Source of the DNA: Chrysomallon squamiferum
Lineage: Eukaryota; Animalia; Mollusca
Length of the DNA stretch: 64,000 nucleotides
Reading direction: 5' to 3'
Assembly: GCA_012295275.1 (NCBI GenBank)
Contig: CM022670.1
Span: 5,456,001 to 5,520,000, forward strand
A program made the position numbers and the translations under genes. The notes under the pieces were generated by a model, which made no database searches, was not told the DNA's origin, and worked only from the letters and a program-made list of their open reading frames with translations. Below, in pieces: positions 26,841 through 40,160 of the stretch (position 1 is the stretch's first letter; each line of letters opens with the position of its first letter).

Positions 26841-27310
26841 AAGGAAGGAAGGAAATGTTTTTCTGAATTATGCACTTGACACATTTCATTTGCAAATATA
26901 AGGCTTCAGACACTGGGGTTAACCCTTTCAGATCCAAATTTTGGCACAGCACACACTTTCAAGTGCCAGCCAGGTATTTGGAGGAAAGTTACCTAAGTGA
27001 AGTATTAGGTCAAGAAGTCTTGTCAAAGGCATTCTGCTACTAGTATACTGAAATATCTTGCCAGTGACACCTAAAGGGTTAAAGACTGTTCAGATCAGAT
27101 AATTAGAGAGGAAACTCACTGCTGCCACTCCAAGAACAACACAATGAAGTAAGCAGCAAGGAATCTTTTATATGTACCACATCCCACAGCTTTTATTACA
27201 CCTATTATACTGCAGCACTGGTTGGAATAAGAAATAGCTCAACATGTCCATCAAGAGGGACTGAACAGACAATGGCCTTTGTGAGTGTTGTTCTACTATT
27301 CCACATCTCA
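26841..27310 (-). mobile_element. Degenerate tRNA-derived SINE (MetaSINE/MESC-like core) interrupted by a MITE; ends approximate
   Basis: (GGAA)n tail plus GGAAATGTTTT, GAGAGGAAAC..GCTGCCAC, GCAGCAAGGAATCTTTTATATGTACCACATCCCACAG and GCACTGGTTGGAAT..GAAATAGCTCAA. The same blocks recur elsewhere in the window and match recalled gastropod SINE consensus. Confidence 0.75.
26923..27078. mobile_element. 156-bp piggyBac-type MITE
   Basis: TTAA at 26919-26922 and 27079-27082; termini CCCTTT...AAAGGG; removing it restores a contiguous SINE. Confidence 0.8.
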
Positions 27311-29474
27311 CTGCCTGAAATAGCAGACCATTGTATAATTAGTATTAATATATATATTTGTGTTCCCCCCCCCCCGATCTATCTTAGTACTGTTTTCATC
27401 AGTTGACATTAAATCTCGGCTGAGTGTATATTTATACACCATGCCTTAAAAGAATTGCGTTACTATATATCATCTGTACATCATCTGTTCAAAACAACAA
27501 TTTCAGTTGTTTTTAATGATTTTTCATTGATTTTCTTTTCTTTATGTTATTATTTTTATACTTGTTTTTTTTATGAAAAATTTGTTTACGTGTACATCTT
27601 TTCTATTCTTTTTTATTGTCATCATGTTGTATATTTTTCTCAAAAGAAAAAGAAAAATTAAAATTAATACATTTTAATTTCTTTGAGCACTAGTACATTT
27701 ATAATATACTTAATCCAACCTTGGTTTAAATAGGGTAAAAATTAACCTAAAATAAAATAATAAAACTGCTGTACAGTTTCAGCAAAATAGACTGACACTC
27801 CTAATTTATTGACTGACCTCATTCTGAATATAACATTGATATAAATAAGAAAAGCACCAGTCGATAGTCACAGCTGTTGCAAACTAGTAAACTTTTTAAA
27901 GCTATATATTTTTTTTTGAACTATTGTTAATGAATGAATGTGTTTCCAGCATAAAACCAAATTAAATGTGGGAGCGTGTGAATGAATGAGTAACATCTGT
28001 CTACACAGTTTCTATTTTAAGATGTAGGTAAACACAGAGAATATGTTTATGAATGAAATAGTAAGCAGAGTATGTACTGTTGTTTCAAGGACAATTTTTT
28101 CTTCTTTTATACTTTTTTTTAATTTTTTTTTTAATTTTTAATTTTTTTTTATGTGTTTTTTGTTTACATTTTATTTTTTTATTTTTTTATTTTTTGGTTT
28201 TTCTTTTTTCTTTATATTGTTTTGTTTTTATGTTTGTATAATATTTAATTCTCTCTTTTTTATGTGTTAAAATAAGCATTAAATGTATTTTGGGGATATT
28301 TGTGTTAAATTATTCATACATTCTTTTATACAATCACTGTTTCTTATTATATATAAAAAAATATAAAAAAGTGTATTTAATTGTTTTAATCTTATAAAAA
28401 CAATTATTGATGAAATCCTAATTCATTTAAAATATAAACATACACATTAGTCTGAATATTCATATATCAAGACTGGATAGACATGGATAGGTATGTGTTA
28501 ATGGGAAGTGAGGGTTCAAAACATCTGCAAGGAAATGTAAAATTTCCCATTCTAAAGAGTTGAGAACACATTCGTAGAAACTAAATAAAAGCAACATTTA
28601 AAATCTCTGAATTTATGCAATATATTTTTTTTCCCCCTATTATTTTCAAAATGATGGATCATCATAATGATATTGATAATAAAAATTATGAAGGAGAAAG
28701 GCAAAGCAATTTTACTATGACTCACCTAGTTTCTTATTTATTTATATATTTTTTTTCATTTTATATTTTTCTCTCTGTGAATTGATGCCAAAATATAATC
28801 AGTGTCCATACCTTCCCATGAGTTTAAAACTACAATAAGCTCACAAACAGCAAAGACTGGATATATATATAAAAAAATCTATAATTAGGAAGTAAACAAA
28901 ATGATAATTAAATCTGTACATATTACCAGAATTACACTAAACAGATACTGAAAGATAAAAACCACAGATAATATTCCTATCTGGGAATATAATATCATCT
29001 ATTTTATGAACTTAAATTTAAATAAATATAAAAAATATAAAAATAAAAACATTAATAAATAAATTTGCTTTTTAAAAAAAAGTTTCTTAGTATATCTGTG
29101 ACAGAATTTTGTTTTTGATCATTTATTAAACTTCATTTATGATTAATGTTTTTAAATATTATTTTTTTCTGCAATAAAAACTGCACTTAGTGTCACCTGG
29201 ATTTTTATCTATATTTATAAATAAAGGTGTTACAAATTATATATGTTCATAACATTTTTTCTAAATCATTTTCAAAATTAAATTATTGTATGGGTTGACC
29301 TAGAACATGGCTGAAGCTAACAGGGATGTAATTTAAGTAATATACATTTGTTTAAGAACTTGTTGCTGAATTATCTTGTACAAAAGCTCTGGTACATAAG
29401 CAAGCCACGGTTCACTGAATCTGTTTGCAGATGAGACACATATCTTGTGTTCTTGTTCTGTGACCATGTCAAGC

Positions 29475-29513
29475 TCACAGAAATGGCAGCTGGATTTCAT
29501 AGAAGTGACTCAG
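29475..29513 (-). CDS. Candidate terminal exon of the unrecognised gene
   Basis: Acceptor ttttcttatcag at 29514. Reads AESLL* (stop 29497-29499) from the phase-1 donor at 32482, or LSHFYEIQLPFL* (stop 29475-29477) from the phase-0 donor at 32477. Confidence 0.4.
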   Translation of the reverse strand: MSHFYEIQLPFL

Positions 29514-30239
29514 CTGATAAGAAAATTTAATAAAATATTTATAATATTTCAGACAATAATGGAGGTTCTTCTGATAAATTAATTGTAATTCCTTCATTTA
29601 GAAATAGATTTTTGAAAATGTCCATATGGTTAAATTAGTATTAAATTGGAATGAATATTTAAATATCTTATGATAATTATTTAGTAGTAGTTGTGGTTGT
29701 AGTAAATGTGGTAGTAATTATTACCCAGTAGAAAATGTAGAAGTAGTAATTGTAATAGCAATGCTGGTAGTTCTATTAATAGTTGTTGCAGTACTAACTG
29801 TAGTGGAAGTAGTTGTTGTAGTGGTAGTAGAAGAAGCAATAGTAATAGTAACAGTTGTTGTTGAAGCAGCAGTAGTACAATATGTTATTTTCAAAAATTA
29901 TTTATCTTTATTATTAATGTTAATTATGTTTAATTATACAAAGGAGTATAATACTTAACCCCAGCATCAATGAATTAAGTGGAAGAATGAAAACTAAACG
30001 ATGGAAATATAGAAAATAATAAATGTATTTCTACAGAATGTGTTAATTTGTTTCTTTCTTTGATGTTTTTTTTTTTTTTTTTATTTTTAAATTGTATTTA
30101 CATATCCTCACATTCTCAACTCTTTTTGAAAAGCAGTTTAACTACAGTCAAAATAAACGGCAATTGGACATCATATTTTCTTTATAACTTTCCAGAAAAA
30201 TAAAACTAAAAATCAGATAGCATGTTGTATTTGACAACC

Positions 30240-30303
30240 TGTTGGTTAGTTAGGTTCATCTGCTAGGTTAGTTAAGTTCATCTGCTAGGTTCGTTAGGTT
30301 CAT
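30240..30303. repeat. Short ~22-bp tandem repeat, about 3 copies
   Basis: GTTAGTTAGGTTCATCTGCTAG-like units. Confidence 0.75.
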
Positions 30304-30939
30304 GTACAAGCTGTTTAAATCACCTGTTATATTAAACTGGTACCATGCTGACATCTTTTCTTTCTTTTTTTAACTTTTTTGTGAATTAAGGTCAGGACAT
30401 ACATACATACACACAGAGAGAAATACACAGCCATTTAGAAACATACAAATAGATAAATAAATATACGTTAATGAATACATATGCATACATATAGAGACAT
30501 TTTCAAACACACACATATAAATACATTCACATGTACAGATATAAAACACATGCATACAAATAAACAGAAACATAGACACAGATGCACAAATATATGGACA
30601 CAATGATGCAGATATAAATGTGTGTCTTGTGTGTGTGTACACAAACATAAAAATAATAGTAATAATTAGGAAAGTAAAATTAAAATACACTCTCCAATGG
30701 GGTAAAAAAACAGTTCATTTAAAAGAAAAATGTTATTAAAATGAAATCATACTCTTAGACTATGACAAGTATCAGTACTATAACATCACAAAACTAGATT
30801 GAAACATTTTATGTTTCTTTGTTTTATAGTGTTTCATTTCTAAATAATATTTTGGTTCCTGGGCTCATACTCATTTCTGACTGGATGTAATAAAAAAAAA
30901 ATTATATAAAAAAAAGATTTTCTTCAGTTCTAATAAATT

Positions 30940-31182
30940 AAAATAAAATATATTCTAACTGATAATGAAAATATGAAAAAATAAAAGAAGAAATATTTTT
31001 ATTGGCTATAATAACTTAAAATAAAGAATATTTTCATTGGTAATGAAAATGTTAAAAAAAAATAAGAAAGAAGAAGAAAAAATACTTTCATTTGTTGTAT
31101 TAACTTAATATAAAGAATATTCTCATTGGTTACAATAATAATTTTAAAAAAGAAATATTTTCATTGGTTGAAATAACTTAAA
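30940..31182. repeat. Degenerate ~35-bp tandem repeat
   Basis: Recurrent AAGAATATTTTCATTGGT...ATAACTTAA. Confidence 0.7.
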
Positions 31183-32007
31183 GCATTGTTTGCTAGCTGA
31201 CAGGAAAAAGAAACTGACAAAATCAAAAAACTAATATTTCTGGTGATTTTGACTGGACATTTGATAATTTTATTGTAGCAGGTTTTTAATTTTCTGCATC
31301 AAACCTGGTATACCATGCTGAAAGATTTCTGGTAAGATATATGAAAGGTTTAATAAACAGTGTGTAAATTAGAACTGAATGGACAAGAAATGAATGATTT
31401 TTGTTTTTTTCTTTTTGATCTCAGTACACATATTGCTTTTGTTTTTTCTTATATGTTTTTTGTTTTTTTGTTTTGTTTTTCTTTTAAAGAAAACTAATTC
31501 CAGCATTTGCATGGATTATTTATATTTATATTTCAACAAGAAATTTTACTGTTTTTCTGTATAGAAGGTGTAGGAAATGCAAGTCTGTATTATCAGAAAA
31601 ATTGTTTATTGTGGTCTTTTCTATAGCAGTCAGAGAGAAAATGAAAAAATATGTCTCTTAAAAGTACCAATCCACCAAGCTACATTTAAATGAAAACTGA
31701 AATAAGTCTTAGTGCTAATCAGAAAGAATAGTACAGAAAACAGCTATACAAGTTTTTCCTTATTAATATATCACACTAAAAGCTATGTTTGACAGATAAT
31801 AATTGTTAATGTTAAAACGTGCTAACATTTAGCTGATAAAACTATTCTTTCCCATTAAGGAATCAAATACATCATGATTCCTGTTAAAAATTTTGAATCA
31901 GCCTCCATGTATGTTACAAAAAACAAAGTAGACAGGTCATCAGCTTAAACTCCAAGAGTATTTTAATAATAATAAATAAATAAATAAATAAATAAATAAT
32001 AATAATA

Positions 32008-32094
<87 letters not shown>

Positions 32095-32481
32095 GTAATA
32101 ATAATAATTTAAAATCTACCTCTGGTACATGTAATTTGTAGAATAAGGGAAGTAACTCTTGATTTACAAGCTCAATAATACATTTTTTAGATTCACTAAA
32201 TACTATATGTGCAAAAAAATCATGTCAGACTGAGTCATCATCAAAAGTTAAATTTTTCTTTTTAATTTAATTTTTTTTAATTTTCCACTGAATCTGTAGT
32301 GTAATATCAAAAAAACTGAAACAGAATATCAAAACATTCGCGTAATTAAAAATCTAATTCAAATATATATTGAAAATAAAATAAAATTAGTCCAATATTA
32401 TCAAAATAATAAAATATATAATGTAAACAATTAAATGTATTTTTCTAATATTTCGTTTTTCACACAAAAGTATTACCTTAC

Positions 32482-32755
32482 CTCGATGTCTTTTTGCTCT
32501 TCTTTTCCGTTGACTTTTATGTCTAAAACATTTTCTATTTTCTATCACTCCGGAATCATCACTTGCGTAGTCGGTATCGGAAATCATCTTTTCATTGACA
32601 TCCGTCTGCAGATCTCTATAGAACTTCAGTGACTGCGGCCTCTCATAGTGATCAACATCATCATCGCCGCCAGAGTCAACGTCATGCAGCCTGGCACTCA
32701 GCAGTTCCATGAAGTCTCGAGGTTCGGCTACAACAATGACAGGTGGCCCACATTC
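32482..32755 (-). CDS. Internal exon of an unrecognised protein (acidic/disordered segment followed by a basic NLS-like stretch)
   Basis: Acceptor catttag, donor GAG|GTAAGG; GC/CpG-rich open frame ECGPPVIVVAEPRDFMELLSARLHDVDSGGDDDVDHYERPQSLKFYRDLQTDVNEKMISDTDYASDDSGVIENRKCFRHKSQRKRRAKRHR; phase-0 start fits exon 34082-34183. Confidence 0.8.
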
Positions 32756-32782
32756 CTAAATGTATGAAGAAATTAGTATGGT

Positions 32783-32818
<36 letters not shown>

Positions 32819-33840
32819 CATATTAATAGTAACGGTAATAATAATAATAATAATAGTAAGTAATGGTAATAATAGTAACAGTAATAATGATGGTAATTGT
32901 AGAAGCAGTAGTAGTAGTAGTAGTAAAAGTCATAATAATAAAAATAGTAACAATTGTCACAGTTGTAGTAATAGTAGTCATAGAAATAGTTATAACAGTA
33001 GTAGTAGTTATAATAGTAATAATAAAATATGGTAGTACTTGAAGCAGTGATAATAGCTACAAAAGTAATAATAGTTATAATAATAGTAAGTAACAGCAGT
33101 AGTAGTAATAGCAGTAGTAGTGGGTAGTACTAATAACAAGAACAACAGAAGAACAGAAAACATTTTTTAATTTACTTAGTATTTTACTTCATTATATTTT
33201 AATTTGTATAAGTTTTATTTTGTTTAATTTCATTAACTTGTTAACCAATTTAATTAATTTAATTACCAATCATTCAAATCCTATATATATTTATTTATTT
33301 ATTTATTCCTCTTTTCATACTCTGTCTATATTACTTTTATTACATAGGTTTTCTCTTCTCTTTTTTTCTATCTTTTTTAATGCATTATTTTTTGCCATCT
33401 TAAATCTTTGGTTTTTTTTTAAACATCAAGCTTCTAACAACACAGACACACATTAGAAGCAAATAATGCAATGTTACCCACCTGCACCGGACCTGCCACA
33501 CCAAACACAGTAATAATACTCTACTCTGAACACAGTGTAATTCTACTCTGTTTGTTAATCACATTATTTATCCCATTGCTTGCACCAGACACACTAACAA
33601 ATACTTAACATATATACACAGGTGTGCAGAAATAGATTTTTAAATTAAATAAGTACTGAATTCTGGATGTAGCATTTATAAACTGAATAATTATTATCTG
33701 AAAATGAACTTGTATGTGATATGTTTGAAACTGCAGATTTTTTAAATATAAATCAATGGTTTATTGGTGGTTCCATGACTGATTAAGGGGAGTGTTTAGG
33801 TTATGAAACAAGACAAGACAAGATTAAAAGCTGCTCGTTA

Positions 33841-33935
33841 CAGAGCATTGGTTGGAATGGGATATATTCCAGTGGGCGAAATTAAAAGTACTGATCCTAT
33901 AACACATCACACTTTAGAGCAGCTCCCTGCTCAAT
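33841..33935 (-). mobile_element. SINE 5' (tRNA-head) fragment
   Basis: GAGCATTGGTTGGAATGGGATAT..CAGTGGG..TGATCCTATAAC, the same block as at about 24.86, 27.22 and 40.43 kb. Confidence 0.5.
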
Positions 33936-34081
33936 GAAATACATATCACTGTACTGTGTACCTATCTAACTGTAGATAAAAACCACAAATCTTTGGAATA
34001 TCTTCAGTGAGTATTGTCAGTTAAGTTGCTGTTGTGGTGGATTGTGGGTAAATTATGTGCTGTGTATTGTGGGTAAATTAC

Positions 34082-34183
34082 CTGCTGCAGTGGAGGGGTT
34101 GGTGGTGTATCACAGATTTCAGTGTGGAATGTTTTCAGCTTGGGCCATAATGGCATTGGCATCATCTCTATGTCAACCATATT
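34082..34183 (-). CDS. Internal exon of the same unrecognised protein
   Basis: ttttcag acceptor, CAG|GTAATT donor, 102 nt, phase 0-0: NMVDIEMMPMPLWPKLKTFHTEICDTPPTPPLQQ; in frame with 32482-32755. Confidence 0.7.
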
Positions 34184-35109
34184 CTGAAAAATTACAGTAA
34201 TAATAATAAAAATAATAAGAATAACATCAACAATAGCAACAATAACCACAAGAACAATATCACAATAATAAAATAATAATAATAATAAAAATAATGATAA
34301 CTGATAATAATGATTTTACACACAGACACATACACAAACACACATATGCATGCATTCATGTGTGCATGTATACATTAATACACAGATTCATATATACATA
34401 CATACACACACACATACATACATATATAACATAAATGTTCAAAATAATATTGTAATAATGAAATGTATAACAGCACTAATAATAATATAACAATAAAAAT
34501 GTCTACATTTGTGGCCGCCCAGCAAGTCAAACAACAAAGCAGACAGATCAATACTGCAAGATATCTTCTTACACACACTAACACTGAATTCTACATGTCA
34601 CAGATTTACAAAACAATTTTTTTTTTAAATTCTTTATTTTTTTTATTTTTTTTATTTTTTTGTTAATTAAGGTCAGGACATATACAGATTTATTATTTAA
34701 AAAAAAAAAAAGAAAAAAAATTGAGCTGTAACAATTTAGTCAGTAATGACATTATTTTATGTAATTAGTTTTAACAAATTTTCAATCAGTTCACTTCAAA
34801 GTTGTTCCAGCTTTATTCAATCAATCGGTCAATGGTTTAGAAGATTCTTGTTGATCTGTCTGGGTCTTAACACAATCCAGAAAGCTTGGTTGTCTGTGTG
34901 TGAAAATGTCAAGTGGTTAGAGATTTGGAACAAAAAAAAAAAGGGCATAAAAATGTTGTTCTTTTCCAGTTAACACTGAGATGCCTGCACTCAGCTTTGA
35001 TCCTAGTACCAATCAGTCTTAAAGCTGATGTACTGACACCACACTAAAATTAATGATAAATATCATATAAAATTAATTAATCAGTCAGTGATGAAGTAAA
35101 CTTTGTTAC

Positions 35110-35350
35110 GTTCATGCACAGACTTATTTCCCATTCTAACCAGTTCCTACAGTTTACATATCAAATGCAGCAAAGAAGCATTGCTGCTTGTAGAAGGTAA
35201 GGTACATATAAAATGTATGTTGTTGTTAATTTTGTAATAATAGCCCAGGCAATGTTGATGATAGGTTTCCACCCAGAGATATTATCACAATTCATAAATA
35301 AAATATATTAAATAACAAATAGCATTAACATAATATGTTGATGTGTAGTT
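35110..35350 (+). mobile_element. Degenerate SINE copy
   Basis: TATTTCCCATTCTAACCAGT...GTACATATAAAA..TTGTTGTTAAT..GGTTTCC, the reverse-complement arrangement of the SINE blocks. Confidence 0.5.
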
Positions 35351-35945
35351 AAACTATTAATTCATTAATGGACCATCCAGAATACCACTGAGTAACGATA
35401 ATAATAATTCTAATTTCAGTTCTGTTAAATTTTCATACTGAACTAGTCTTTAATGGAAATGTTTCAAGAATCAAATTTAATTCATTAACCCAAATCAGAG
35501 AACACAGAGTTAAACGAAACCAATAATAATTATTATAATTTTATATTCTGTAAGGTATAATTTTCAGCCACATTAAGTCATATTTAAAGAAACACTGACA
35601 GAAATATTTCAACAATTGAATGTAATTTCATTAACCCATAACCCAGATAGTGTTATGTAAAACTATTCATTATTATAATTTTCAATTCTTTAGATATAAA
35701 CTGTATTAAGTCATAACAGTGATGTGAACGCTTCAAAGATCCAGTTTAATTCAGTTTGATTTGTTTTTTACTTCCTTCCTTTCATTAATGTCTGCTCTGA
35801 TGATCACAACATATTCCAAGAATGCCAATCAATTCATCTTTATTCAGTCTTTGTCTGTTTTCTCTTAATTATTCATTCTTATTTTCACACACACAGGCTA
35901 ATTTCTATATATCATATTCTGACCAAAAATCCATAAAAAGTCTTT

Positions 35946-36219
35946 ACAGCAGTTATTTACCTGCTTATATCTGATTAACCTCTTCAAAGATTTTTTTATG
36001 ACCAAATGAACAGAACTCTTTAATCAGTACCCCTTGTTTAAGGTAACAGATGAACTTTAATGCAATATGTGATTCTGATTTGTAATGGATAGCAACTGTT
36101 TACCTGTTTATACTCTTCAAGTATGCTTTCCCGACCACATGGACAGAACTTTTCAATCAGTGCATCTTCTTTGAGGTAACAGATGCACTTTAATGCAGTA
36201 TGTGACTCTGATTTGTAAA
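35946..36219. repeat. Two diverged tandem copies of a ~130-140 bp unit
   Basis: AGGTAACAGATG(A/C)ACTTTAATGCA(A/G)TATGTGA(T/C)TCTGATTTGTAA occurs at about 36041 and about 36174. Confidence 0.9.
36104..36207 (-). CDS. Candidate upstream exon (copy A of a tandem duplication) of the unrecognised gene
   Basis: cttttacaaatcag acceptor, CAG|GTAAAC donor, 104 nt, phase 1-0, open: (E)SHTALKCICYLKEDALIEKFCPCGRESILEEYKQ; bridges exon 56154-56172 and exon 34082-34183 in frame. Confidence 0.35.
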
Positions 36220-36339
36220 AGATGAATCAGTGAGTCAAAACTCAGCCCCAGATTACATGACAACTGTGATACTAAATAAATCATTTGACACTCACCCAGC
36301 CCCACTGAATATTCAAGTATCTAATATGTGTAACATATA

Positions 36340-36390
<51 letters not shown>

Positions 36391-39300
36391 CTCATTGTTA
36401 TAATTATACCATGGAATGAATATACAACTGTCCTAAAAATTACAATGGCATGTACCAATGTCATGATTATACCATGGTATATACCAATATCATAAAACTG
36501 ATAAATATAATTCATATACCAGGGTATATAGAAAGGCCACGTATTGTTATAACATAAATAGTATTATTAGATATCATACATTCATAGAAAACATTTTTAT
36601 TTCAGTGTCAAAATGTTCCTATTTGTAGATTCAGATACCAATGGATAAAAAAAAGAAGAAAAAAAGTGTCATTCCCATCACTCTGCACTCTCCACCCACC
36701 ACATTTCAGTCTCCCCCACCACCTATCAGATAAAACTAACTACATATCAGAATTCCAGAATCACATTTCAAATCACAACAAGAAAGAAAAAAAAAATCAC
36801 ACATACCTGAGATTTTTTTTTTCGTTTTTTTTTTTTAATTTGGTATCAGATACAGTGAACTTTAACTTTTAAGTTTGTTTACAATCATTTCACATCTATT
36901 CTGACCTACATAGCTCTCTACCCATTGTTCAAAATACTCCTGTGGACTGTCAAGCTATCTCTGACTATCTACTGTTATCCTGCAAGGCAGTGTTCATTAT
37001 GTGCGGTATTCAACATGTAGCTAATGCAACATGCAGCTTATCAAACATTGTGCAGTGTAATGTTTGGCACATAAGGGTAATAATACTAATAATGTGCAGT
37101 GAGTTTAAGATTAAACTGTCTGTTGAATTTGTACATGAGTGACCCATTTGAGCGAAAACAGAAATAAATAAAATAAAAAAAAATTCTGGCCAGATATCTA
37201 ATAAAATATCTTGTTTTAAAAGGTGTTGTTTTTGACAAATAGCTTTTTATTTTTATGGCTCTGAGATCAAAAGTGGGTGGTTTTGTGGGGTGGGTTTGAC
37301 TGTGGTTGTTACACAGACAAAGGCGTCAAAGAGCTTTCAAAGAAAATTGAACTAGCAGTAAATTTCATATCAGTATTTAATATCTTACTGCTGTAAGTTC
37401 AGGCCTTTTCTTTCTCTCTTTCTTTTTCTTTTCAATTTATTACTATTTATTTATTTTTTCATCTGCTGTGGTAAGATGATAGATGATGATAGGGGCAGAC
37501 AAGTACTTTGGGGACAGTTTTGTTGTTGCTGTTGTTGTTGTTTTTAGAATTCAAGGGTTTTGATTTGGTCTGAGGTTTATCACACTTTGATTTTTAAAAC
37601 AGAACATTTTTTATTTGATTATTTTCATGTATTTTGTGTGCGTGTTTGTGTATATATTTATGCATGTGTATATATGTATGTTTGTATGTATGAGTATGTA
37701 TGTATGATGTATATATATACAATCTTTTTATTTCACTATTTCTCCCTTATTTAAAATATGTGGGATACACACTAAAATGTTTACTAATGCAGCCTTATTT
37801 TGTGATTACATCTACATTAAAATTATTGATCAGCTCATGGTGCTTAGAAAAATATATCAAAACATGATAACTTGAGAGAGATTGTGTTTTAAGAAGATCA
37901 CTCAGTATTAGGCCATATCAGTGGAAATTACAATAAAATGGCCACTTAAAACATCGGACCTGACAGGCAAAAATAATAATAATAATGATGATGATGATGA
38001 TGATAATAATAATAGTAATAACACAATAAATAAATAAATAATATAAATTTACGATAAAATTGCCATTAATGTAGATGGCTTTTAATGCAGAATTCTGATT
38101 TAATGATATTTCACTATATTTTATAATCAGCAGATGTCAGGCATCAAACGAATGATATTTGAAATTATTTTTTTAATGATTTTAAGTCTTAAAACACACT
38201 CACTACTTTTCCACAAAGTATTCTTACCAATTAATTCAAAACTGCATATTTTATATAACCTTTTCATACAAAGAAATCATAAAAAAAAAAAAAAAAACCA
38301 AATCATCTTTTATATTCCAGTTTTATAAGTCAATGGCTAGATTGGGATATAGTGTAATGAGCTTATAAAGCAAGATAGATTGTATAACCCTCTTCTGTTC
38401 TGTTGGTTTTTTTATGCAACTTAATTGCAAATGATCTTTCATACACAAATTTCCAAAAACAACCCCTCCCTCCCAAAAAAAAGCCCCAGCAATATAGTAA
38501 TGTGTTTTATATGTTTACTCACGAGGCAGTGAGCAGAATGGGATATTGCCAGTAATTTGAGAATAGATCCTAGGATCTTCAGACAAAAGCATTTTAAACT
38601 GCTGGTGTACAACAACCAGTTAGTTTTAAACTATCTCAGCTATAATAATAATAATAATCAGAGAATCTGTATCATGTGACATCTTGTTACAAGATAAAAA
38701 AAAAACAAATACAAGAAACAGTCAGTCAAATTATGAATATTCATTAATACCCAGGGGATAAAAATAACCTTTTTTATGATAACTTACAAAACAAATAAGT
38801 TCCACTGATTATTATACCATATTTCAGAATGTAAATTACCTCTCATGCTTAAAACTGAAGCTTGAAAATATTTTAATATCTGCAAGTTAAGGCTGAGAAT
38901 TAATGTAACCATAGCAACAGATTGTAGTTTGTGGTGATTTTAATTGTGTTTTTAATGTTTTTTTCTACTTCACTTGTTTTAATTATTATTGTTGTTGTTG
39001 TTGTTGTTATCATTTTCACTTTAGAATTGGATATATATACAATGAAACAATTCTATTTCACAAATTCTATTGCTTAATTATAAACACATATATATATATA
39101 CATATCGACACAACATATATACATACATACAGACATGACATACATACAAACACATACATAGATGCACATACTTACAGATAACACATACATATACAAATAT
39201 ATACCCACACATATACATGCAGTATACACAAACATACAAACATAAAAACACACAGCCAGACACAAACACAAACATATATACACAGATACACATACACTCA

Positions 39301-39864
39301 CATACACATACACATATACACACGCACACACATATACATACATACACATACACAAACACAAACAGTCACATACAGAGACATACACTTACCTACATAGAGA
39401 TGCACATACATACAAAACATTATTTAAAAATCAAACATTATCACAAAAAACTGTGACATTCTGACACAAGCTTGTATTTACTTTATTTAATAACCTTGTC
39501 CTTCTAGACAGCATGTCCTGTCTACACAGGCTTAGCTCAGACGCACTAGAATATATTACTCAGTGGTCTCTTTGTTCAGGTTCAGCTGCTCTGAATATTG
39601 CATCTATACATAAAGCTGAAAGGTAAGCGACTAAAATACGACTACAAAGACTTTATTTTTAATAACTGCATGATCAGGAACAGTATGTCACAATGGGTCA
39701 TGTTATTATCATTTTATCTCACTGTGAGAAACGCAAAACACACCAATCATGCATTTGTCTGTCACATGACTCACTTTTCAACAAAAACAAAGTAGCGCCC
39801 CCTTAGTAAGTACAGAGTGCAGTGGTAAAGCCATGCATTTAAAACGTGTTTATATGTATGCGCA

Positions 39865-39865
<1 letters not shown>

Positions 39866-39952
<87 letters not shown>
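39866..39952. repeat. (GT)n microsatellite
   Basis: Direct inspection; similar (CA/GT)n tracts at about 18431, 36349, 44913, 46134, 50645, 56025 and 56505. Confidence 0.98.
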
Positions 39953-39955
<3 letters not shown>

Positions 39956-40129
39956 ATACACATACATCTATAACTGCATCCATAAATCATCATATTTTTG
40001 TATCACAAATATCCCAGACTTTAAAAAGTATTTGAACTGAGGAGCTGAAAAACAAAAGATTAAGAATCACTGGTCTAAGATGTGATGATATGAGGCCAAG
40101 CCAAATTAAATCTTTTTTTCTTAAATTTT

Positions 40130-40160
<31 letters not shown>

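Noticed and set aside
33478-33492. Possible microexon cag|GTCCGGTGCAG(GTGG)|gt on minus between the orphan exons
   Set aside because: The flanking exons already join in phase 0; the 11-nt form would frameshift, and the 15-nt form (VRCRW) has a weak pyrimidine tract and no other support.
39074-39456. Long ORFs of the CVCV/HTHT/LSLS/ERER type here and at about 30.4, 48.8, 50.1, 55.5, 56.5 and 58.1 kb
   Set aside because: Translations of microsatellites; no splice or homology support.
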